DNA from: Octopus vulgaris
Lineage: Eukaryota
NCBI GenBank assembly: GCA_951406725.2
Contig: OX597838.1
Coordinates: 44,702,001-44,766,000, forward strand
Length of the DNA stretch: 64,000 nt
Reading direction: 5' to 3'
Part shown: positions 54,713 to 64,000 of the stretch, piece after piece
How the letters are laid out: each line of letters opens with the position of its first letter
Numbering within the stretch: the first letter of the stretch is position 1
Position numbers and translations under genes: made by a program
The notes under the pieces: generated by a model
The model's input: only the letters and a program-made list of their open reading frames with translations
Told to the model about the DNA's origin: nothing
Database searches by the model: none

Positions 54713-57700
54713 ACCCTCCAGTCTCCCCTCCTTCCCAATATACTTCCCCCTCATCCTCACCCCAACCCTTCTGTTATTCCAACCCCTATCTCTCCTCCCA
54801 ACTTTCCATTACCCCACCACCCACCCACATCTAACTTTTCCACCCCTCCCCACTTTAGTCTGTTGTTATCATTCCTCCTGATCTTCCCCTCTCTGAAGCG
54901 GGGCGCTCAATTCTCAGCAGGGGTCCAGTTACTGCATCCAGTAACGAATTTCAGACCCGTGCTGATATTCATAGCTTTGTGCGCCGTGTCAGGTTATATT
55001 CACTATTGCACAACACTTCTCCTGCATCTAACGAAGAGGATCGCTTCACCAACCTCGGCTGCCGACCATTCCACTGAACGCCAGCTCCTGGCCAATTCCA
55101 AGTAATCAGTCATTTTGCAGGCATCTGCCAATGTGTTGTGGACCGGTTTAACTTTCGCAGGGGTCTCAGACATCTAGAGTTCTCCCCGACCGAACTCTAA
55201 ACTCTTCGATGTCTCCGACGCTGCAAAGACATTATCATAAAACTACAAGGCTGGAGCCGTGGTGGTGTGGTGCGCAGACCTCTACAAAGCTGAAGGTCTC
55301 AGCCAACTTCAAGACACCTACTTCTATTACTCTCTATCTTCAACCCCCACGCCTAGCTACCAAATGACTGTCTTCCACTTTCGATGACCTCAGCTCTTCC
55401 TCCCCATCTTCCTCCCACCGCCCCCAATCTCACTATACGCACTCCACGCATCCCCACCATTTACTCCCTCTCCAAAATCCACAAGCCCATGAAACTTGAC
55501 GGCCCCATCGTCTCCGCCTGTAACTGTCTCGCGGAACTGATATACGTCGACCGTGTCCTTGCCCCCTAGTGGCTTCCATCCCCGCCCACATCCATGACGC
55601 TAACCATGCTCTCCGTCTTTCTCCTTCCCTAATGGACCTGCTAAACTTCTCTTCAATATTAATATCAAAAGTCTATATACGATGATCCCACACACCAAAG
55701 GACTTCGAGCCCTCAAACACTTCCTACACCTTCGACCCAACCCCCAAGTTGACACGTCTATACTGCTTCGTAAGGCCGAACTTATTCTCTCCCTCTACTG
55801 CATCTCCTTCGCGGGGAGTTTTACCAACAATTTCGGGAGTGCCCATGGGAACGAGAATGGGCCCCAACTATGCGAAACTGTTCGTTGGCTACGTTGAAGC
55901 CCAAATATTTTCAAGATTCACGGGCCAAATCCCGAACAATATGGTCGTTATATTGATGACCGTATCGGTGCGACCTCGCTCTGCTGCAAACAACTAGCCT
56001 CCTTCCTCTCTTATTTCCATTCCTTCCATCCTACCCTCGAATTCACCTGCACTATTTCGAACACTTCCACTGCCTTTCTCGATATTTCGGCCAATATACA
56101 CAACTTCGCTCTCACTACCTCCATCCACTACAAACCTACCCACTCACACTCATACCTCAACTTCTCCTCCTCCCACCATACCCACGTGAAGCTCTCCATC
56201 TCCTACTCCCAATTCCTCCGTCTGCGCAGGCTCTGCAGTGACAACCATGACTTTGAGACTCAGTCTCAACTCATGGCTCACTATTTCAGCCTTCGTGGAT
56301 ATACCCTCACGTATATATAACCTCGTGGATATACCAGAGCACGTTCTGTGGACCGTTCCACTACGCTCTCTCCCCGCATACGCCTCAAAGTTGCCCGTCT
56401 TCCGTTACCCCTCACCTACCACCCTCCACCCTGTCTTTCCAACGCACTTTTCTCCTAGCCTTCCGGCGACACTAGTGCGACCACTCCACCTCACACATCT
56501 TCCCCAACCTACGCCTTTCCTCCTTCAAACGAGCCCACAACCTACGTTACCTCCTGGTCCACAATTTCTTCCCTAACCCCACCTCCCGACCTCGCTCGTT
56601 CCTTTGCTTCCGCACCTGCCCCTACATCTCTAACATCACCATCCTCACAGGCACCCATCATCGTCCCTATTATATCACTGACTCCTTTACCTGCACTTCT
56701 AGCAGCATCATTTACTGCATCTCTTCCTGTTTCTTCCCTTCTCTGTACATCGTTCAAGCGGGACGCCGCTTGGCTGACCGGTTCGCGGAGCACCTCCGAG
56801 ACATTGGACTCGGCAAGGAAACCCCAGCTTCACACCATTTCCGCTCTACCGGTCATTCATTACAACACCTGTATTCGGTTTGTCTTTGCACAGAGGCCAT
56901 CCAGATTCCCACCTTCTCTCTTTGTTCCTTTGCGTTACATGGGCTCAACTACCCTCCCCTCTTCCACTGACTCCCCTCCTCCCCTCTCTTCATCTGACAC
57001 GTACTTCTCTTCAGTCCTACCCACCTCTCCTCACTTCTTCTCTTCATTCCTATCCACCTACTCCCTTACATCCACACCCCACCCCAAATATTCTACTCCC
57101 ACATGCCCCACCCTATCCCTACACCTCCACCCCAACCCCCACGTCCTCACCCCACCCCCACATCTCCACTCCACCCCCACATCTTCACCCCAACCCCACA
57201 TCTTCGCCCCACCCCACATCTTCACCCCACCCCACATCCTCACCCCACCCCAACATCCTTACCCCACCTATATCCTGCCCCATCCCTACATCCTCACTCC
57301 TACATCTTCACTCACACATCCTCAAGCTAAACCCACACCCCACCCACACATCCCATACTCCCCACACAGACGACATCCCCTCTCTCCCACTCCCCCACAC
57401 CACACACCACCACAATACATCACACCACACCACTCCACCCGCATTAGCGCTGACACTTTCCAGCACCCACACCATCATCTACACACCCACACATTACAGT
57501 CGCACACAGCCACACGTCAAAGTCACTAGCTCCTACCACACGCCCACACTTACACACTCTCACATGCACACGCACGCTCACCTTCGTTTTGGGATCACCA
57601 GTACTTTATTATCTCCCTTTTCCCTAATTCCTATGTCCAGCTACCTTTTCCCAACCACTCGCTATGAGTGATCGCTAAATCCACAAGTTTTTTTTTTATT

Positions 57701-57850
57701 CTATCTCTGTTTATTTCCTTGCATTCTTTTCTGTTGAAGAGCGTAGGCTCGAAATGTAAAAGACTTTCTCACTTCCACGAACGTCAAACTAATACATTTC
57801 CTTGTTGTTTATACACCTGTCTGTGACTTGTATTTTTCTGTAAATTTCAA
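54713..57850 (+). mobile_element. Near-full-length degenerate Penelope-like element (C-rich family)
   Basis: LSKIHKP, PIVSACNC, IKSLYTMIPH, GVPMGTRMGPNYA, YGRYIDD, AFLDI, YLNFSSSH, SQFLRLRRLCS, IIYCI...LYI..AGRRLADRFAEH, HGLN; C-rich 3' region, then a terminal repeat with an HHR. Confidence 0.92.
57727..57762 (+). ncRNA. Hammerhead-like motif at the PLE 3' end, CTGTTGAA core
   Basis: TTTT-CTGTTGA-A-GAGC(GTAG)GCTC-GAA-ATGT-A|AAAG. Confidence 0.6.
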
Positions 57851-57853
57851 ATA

Positions 57854-57889
<36 letters not shown>

Positions 57890-58737
57890 TATACATATAT
57901 ATATGTATATATATACTGTTGTGTCTGGGGAGTCATTTTCTTTGTGTGCCTTATAATTTAATACACTCACCGGTAAAATTTCCATTTTATTTTCCTAAAA
58001 TTTTCGTTGCCTCTTGCAAACACACGAACTCATATACAGAATCTTGCAAACCAAATCCCAAAACGAAATATATATATATTCCCGATTTCGTGGAACGCCT
58101 TTTATGAGGAAGAGTTCTTCCTTATTAGGTGGAAGGAATAATCTACAATTACTGCACCAGATATTCTATGTGGTGAGTTATTCCAACTGGTATCTCATTG
58201 ACTGTCTTTCATAGGGGTCGTAATGCGTTGTCTGTTCTGTTTAGTAAGGATTTTGTGGAAGTGCCAAACATATCTTTGAAGGAGGAGGGGAATGTCAATA
58301 ATCTGGATATGATAAAAATTAATATAGTGACGAATTTCTCTTCTCTGAAAAATGTCCATTCATCTTGTATGAAATCTTTAAAACAAATATCCTTAATAAT
58401 AAATATAAATTTAAAACGCTTATGATTGTAACACGTATCATAAGATATATGTTACTAATCGAAGAGAAATTTAGGCACACACACATAGGGGCGCGCGCGT
58501 GTGTGTGTGGCTATGTATTAATTCATACATATGTATGTGAGGGTGTGCATGTGTACATATGTACACATGTATATATGTACACCTAAACAGACATATATAC
58601 ATATACTATTGTTCATAAGTATATGTGCATCTATGTATATGAATATATATATATATATATATATATGTGACCTCGTGTGTACCGTTGGCGATTTCTTCTC
58701 CTCTGTCTTCCCTTCTCTGGATCTTTCCTTCTCCTAT

Positions 58738-58772
58738 GTTTCCGACGAAGAGCTCCGCTCGAAACGTTAGAC
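58738..58772 (+). ncRNA. Minimal hammerhead motif in a ~200-bp TA-flanked solo element (58666-58870)
   Basis: GTTT-CCGACGA-A-GAGC(TCC)GCTC-GAA-ACGT-T|AGAC. Confidence 0.65.
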
Positions 58773-58865
58773 CCTCCTTCTTTCCTTCTTTCCTGAGCGT
58801 CCAATAATACTATATTTGTTCCACGTCCTCGCGTTGTTGTGTTTTTTGTGTTTTCTTGTTTGGAT

Positions 58866-58922
<57 letters not shown>

Positions 58923-59109
58923 GTATATATGCATATACAACATAGATACATGTATACTTATAAACAAATATATATATATATGTATTTGACTATTTGTATA
59001 TACATGTATACATATATGAGCATTTGTGTGTTTGTATGTGCGTTTGTGTGTGTTGGTGTTTGCGTTTGTCTGCGTACCCATTTCATATACTCATTAATTT
59101 ATTCATCAG

Positions 59110-59361
59110 ATATGCTGAAGAGATTGCTTATGTTTCCAGGTATGTAAACATATTGTGTATGTATCCATAGGAAAGCTAATTAAAGCACAGTAGAGGTCTG
59201 TGAACAATAAACCTTGGCTCGAACTCAAGACAGGTTGCTGATTCTCTTCGTTGTGCGTTTCCCCAATGTCTGCTGTTTATTTGAAAGCTACTTTATATTA
59301 AATATGCAACTGTATTCAAAGTTATCCACGTGTTTTGGCAGTTTCAGCCGCAAGCATGTCA
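59110..59361 (+). pseudogene. Candidate 30-nt micro-exon (59110-59139) and decayed TM exon (59191-59361)
   Basis: Both phase 1-1; CAG|...CAG|GTATGT; LLILFVVRFPNVCCLFESYFIL with one TAA upstream. Confidence 0.3.
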
Positions 59362-59586
59362 GTAAACGTTTGTTTTGTTTTGTTTTAATAAGCATCAGGT
59401 TCATGCACAAAGCTGTAATACTTTCAGAAATAATTATATGTATATACATATCTCTATATTAGAGTATGCATTTATGTATGCATGTATGTATGGATGCATA
59501 TATATATATATATGCAAATGTACATTTACACAGATTTATAAATGAATATACGTCGATATCCATGAATATATCCGCATCCGTATGCG

Positions 59587-59630
<44 letters not shown>

Positions 59631-60738
59631 CATACATACATACATACATACATACATACATACATACATACATACATACATACATACATACATACATACA
59701 TACATACATACATACGTACATACATACATATAAATGTACATAAATATGTATATACGTATATAAATATATATATATATATAATGATATATATATGCATATA
59801 TATGTATATATTTGTATACATATACATAAACATATATATATGCATATACATACATAATATGCGTATACTTATGTATATAGATGTGGGGACGGGGGAGAAA
59901 CTTGTGTGTGGGCGTCTTTAGAGAAAAGTGTTTTCAAAGAAATACCTATTATTATCGAAAATACGATTATGATCAAAATTTAGACGTTTCTATGAAGAAT
60001 TTCTCAGCACTCCTCGTGGGGTTTTATGAATTCCAATCTCTTCCATTTGCTTTATGTTTTGTAGGGAAGAATAACCTTCTTTCACATTCGGGCCCACTGA
60101 TGCCCACACACAATCACATACACCGGGACTCACAAATAGATATCTACACCAATTCACTGTACACCGTTTGCGTATTTTCCAGAAGCTTCGGGTACAGTTG
60201 AAATCATCCTATATGCATTTACTGATTCCTCTCGTACACAATAATGGTGTATATTGATTTGTTTGGTATATTAAAATTTCTGCTGCCTATGGGCGCGCAT
60301 TTTACACACAAACATGAATAAATGCACGCAAACATATCTTTAAATTTATATAGATAGATATATAAACACATAGATAAAACGAAAGTGATACATGCATACA
60401 TGTATAGAGAGTGGTGTGGTGAGAGTACGACACCCGTTGACAGAAATATACGGCTCCACCACATACAAATGATAGCGGTCTGGCGTAGTCGGCAGTTCGT
60501 AATTTGGTCTTTTCGCAGTTCGAGTTAGTGTGTTGGACATATTGATTGTTGGTTCGTTGCGTGTTTGTTTCTGCCGCTGTTTCTATTTTGCATCGTTGTA
60601 ACACTGTTACAGTGTATTCTTTATCTAACGTTGACAATATCAACCGTACTACGATAATAGAGGCGTAAGGCTATATAACAGAAAGAAACCGACGGAGGGA
60701 AGGAAAGACACCGTGTGTGTGTATACTACTACTACTAC

Positions 60739-60871
<133 letters not shown>

Positions 60872-61322
60872 AATGATAAATTTCTTAAGTAAATAGTAGA
60901 TGGATTTGGTATGAACCTTTATTTTGTACAAGGGTCGTTTTGACCCATCCTACTACTGTCCCTTATTACGGGTGGGACTCCGTTCAACATGTGTTGCATC
61001 CATTTTGCAGTCTGGGTCTCATCAGGTACATCCATACTTAAAATTATGCCTCGCTAAAGATCCTGAGTTTTGGCTGTCATGTTGTTTATATGCCCGTCTG
61101 ATTAGGGGGGTGAAACATTGCTACAATTTTCAATTACTATTAACTTCCTATAAGAATTGCAAACATTCGTAAATATATAGAAATAGCTATTGATGAAAAA
61201 CAAAAAGTATTGGGGAAGTGAATGGATGGACAGGGATGGATTGAGTTAAATTGCGTTTAAGGCATTTATCCACCATCTCTCATTAGGGAATTAGTTAAGA
61301 ACATTTCGGCCAGAATATCTAG

Positions 61323-61395
61323 ATTATCCGCCAACGAAGATATACTCAACAAACATGCACCCTATTATAACGCCTCTCTGGCCACGGCCGGCTAC

Positions 61396-61488
<93 letters not shown>

Positions 61489-62189
61489 CGACAGTATCAA
61501 CCCAAATAGTTCAGCGAATAGTAGTAAAAATAATTATGGTAATAACGCACACTGCTCCGGGAATAACCCCACCAAACACGACACTAACCACACGCACAAC
61601 GTTCAAAACCTGCATAGAATTATCCCAAACCATAAGAATAGGGAAATCAGTTGGTACATGAGATCCAATAATGCGATAGAGAACAGAAGCAACACTCCAG
61701 CCCAGTTAAACAGAGGAAATCACAAAATATCAACACCACCCCAGCATCCGAGAAATAAATACGAAAAATACAAGCATGATATCCTCTAGTACAACGCGAT
61801 CTGGGGCTCGAACATCTCATCCACGATCGGGAAATAGCTCTTCGCAGCTCTCAATCGCTGCTTCCCTAAAAACGTACAGCCAGCTGTACTATGTGTATGA
61901 TAGTGTAAAACCATCATACGCATCGAATAAGATGCGCCACGTTCATAGAATTAACAACTGCAAACTAAAGCAGCATGTAGGCAGCATCGAAAATAGGCCC
62001 TCAAAAATTGACGGTGACACATATAACAACTGTGCAAATACCGACCACGTAACGCATCACAGCGTTATGACTCGAACAATAACACTAACCAGCAGAGGGA
62101 AAACCGCAACTACATTACTAACCAACCAACACATGATAGCCACAACAAATCAAAGAACAACACAAACACATCTAGAAAAATTAAAATAA
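61323..62189 (+). CDS. Possible large low-complexity coding exon (two overlapping ORFs)
   Basis: About 870 nt open with one frameshift; S/N/T/H-rich with several Tyr motifs; no recognisable domain. Confidence 0.25.
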
Positions 62190-62937
62190 TAATAGTGTAA
62201 CCACGAGCACGAATGTAAATAGAACCGGCAGGAACCGTTCGAAATGTTCTCTGGGTAACCAATGCAAGATATAAAATGTCGTGTACAAGTGCACCGCAAA
62301 TAATGGAGGAGATACTTGCGTACATATATGTTCATCGGTTTCAAAAAATAAAAACCACATCGCCAGCTTTCGGAAAATTCTTGGCCGGCACGCAACATCA
62401 TTAGCTGATTTCCGTTGGTGACTCAAGGAAGTGAAGGTAAAATACGACCTGATCTGGTCAATAATTAGACACGCGAGTCCCTACAATACACTATCCTGGA
62501 AATACCGGCTATATTCCGAGGAATCGCTTTTAATTTTGTTGACAAAGAGCGAACTATTAATTGATTTGCGGAACGACTGTCCTGATGCAAACGGTGTACA
62601 GTGAATTTGTATAGATATCTATTTGCGAGTATCAGTGTATGTGGTTGTGTGTGGGTATCAGTGTGCACGAATGTGAAAGAACGTTTGGACTTTTATTCTT
62701 CCCTCCAAAACATAAAGCAAATGGAAGGAATTGCAATTAATAGCACCAAACGAAGAAAATTGATTTAACCTTGATATAAATGCCTAAATTTTGATCATAA
62801 TCGTATCTTCAGTAATAATGGGTATTTCTTTGAAAATACTTTTCCCTAAACCCGCGCGCACACACGCCCCCCAAATCTATATACATATATATAAATACAA
62901 ATTGCACGGGCCTTCGTTTTTGGATTCTCTACGTTGC

Positions 62938-62980
<43 letters not shown>

Positions 62981-63046
62981 TACATATATACATATATACA
63001 TGTATATATACATCCATATATATGTATATATATACATATATATATG

Positions 63047-63078
<32 letters not shown>

Positions 63079-64000
63079 AACACACATACGCGCATATATA
63101 TATATATATGTGCATATGTATACATATATATATATATATACATATATACATATAAATACATATATATATATATATATACATATATATACATACATATATA
63201 TATGTGTGTGGATTTGTGGGTTTGCGTACATATATATAGTTATGACCTTTTATGGCGTACTTTTCAGTTATCCTTGTTGCTCTGTGATATTTCTTATTCC
63301 TTATTATATATTCATGCATTTACTATTTGACAGAAAACGTGGCCATTTGTATAAACACATTCACACACGTACTCCTACTCATACTTAGTAATATATACAA
63401 ATATATATATATATATATATACATACATACACACATACATACATACATATATATATGTGTGTGTATGTACATATGTACATATGTATGTATGTATGTGTAT
63501 GTATGTATGTATGTATGTATGTATGTATGTATGTGCGTATGTATGTATGTATACATGCACATATAGATGCATATATATACATATATTGACATGACATACA
63601 AATATAGTAACTGATGGGTCTCTCTCTTTGTTCTTTTTCTATTATTTTGATTTTATATTCTATTTCAAGTGCTGTTTCAAATTTCTGGGCTAGTTCCCGT
63701 TTGTGTGTATATTGAGGAAGATCATGCAGCATGATTTCCTTTTTTGATGCCAGGTTTTTGCCCTGCCGAAATTTTACAATTTCTTCTAAATCCGCTCTCG
63801 AATTTGCCCCAGATCTTGAGGTACATTCTAAATGGCATTGCTGATTATATCTTCAAAATTTGTTCTGGCTATTACGTTGATGGCTATATACGTTGATGCG
63901 ATCACGTTGTTTGCATCCGAAGAATTGCTCGCGATGGAGGAATCCTGCGATTGCATTCTCACTTTGCACAGTGCTCTCATACAACATACATTTCTGATCA

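Noticed and set aside
56804-57671. Pro/His-rich ORFs of 241-263 aa
   Set aside because: C-rich low-complexity PLE 3' region that is open in several frames
63600-63860. Minus-strand frame ...[22 protein letters not shown] as LINE ORF1 or an exon
   Set aside because: No diagnostic motif, and it lies near the window edge, so it cannot be assigned

Overview
AT-rich, microsatellite-saturated animal genomic DNA; the SINE families and repeat landscape suggest an octopod cephalopod (inference). I found no intact protein-coding gene, and most ORFs in the track are microsatellite artefacts. The window is mostly mobile DNA: several Penelope-like element (PLE) families with RT and C-terminal GIY-YIG remnants, R4/Dong-type RLE retroelements in (TAA)n arrays, an internally deleted RTE LINE, Helitrons, Tc1/mariner relics and three tRNA-derived SINE families. 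The main signal is about a dozen minimal type I hammerhead ribozyme (HHR) motifs from several unrelated PLE terminal-repeat families. Many have variant cores (CCGANGA, CUGUNGAA), most lie in short elements abutting (TA)n arrays, and several sit in fold-back hairpins. One 37-bp insert starts exactly at a predicted cleavage site, and one fold-back turns on HHR stem II. A second signal is a set of decayed, splice-site-bounded, mostly phase-1 exons (signal peptide, Ig-like, TM and Tyr-motif tail) in both orientations, possibly relics of a receptor family. A PLE is also split across an inversion bounded by a ~650-bp inverted duplication. All folds and translations were done by eye.
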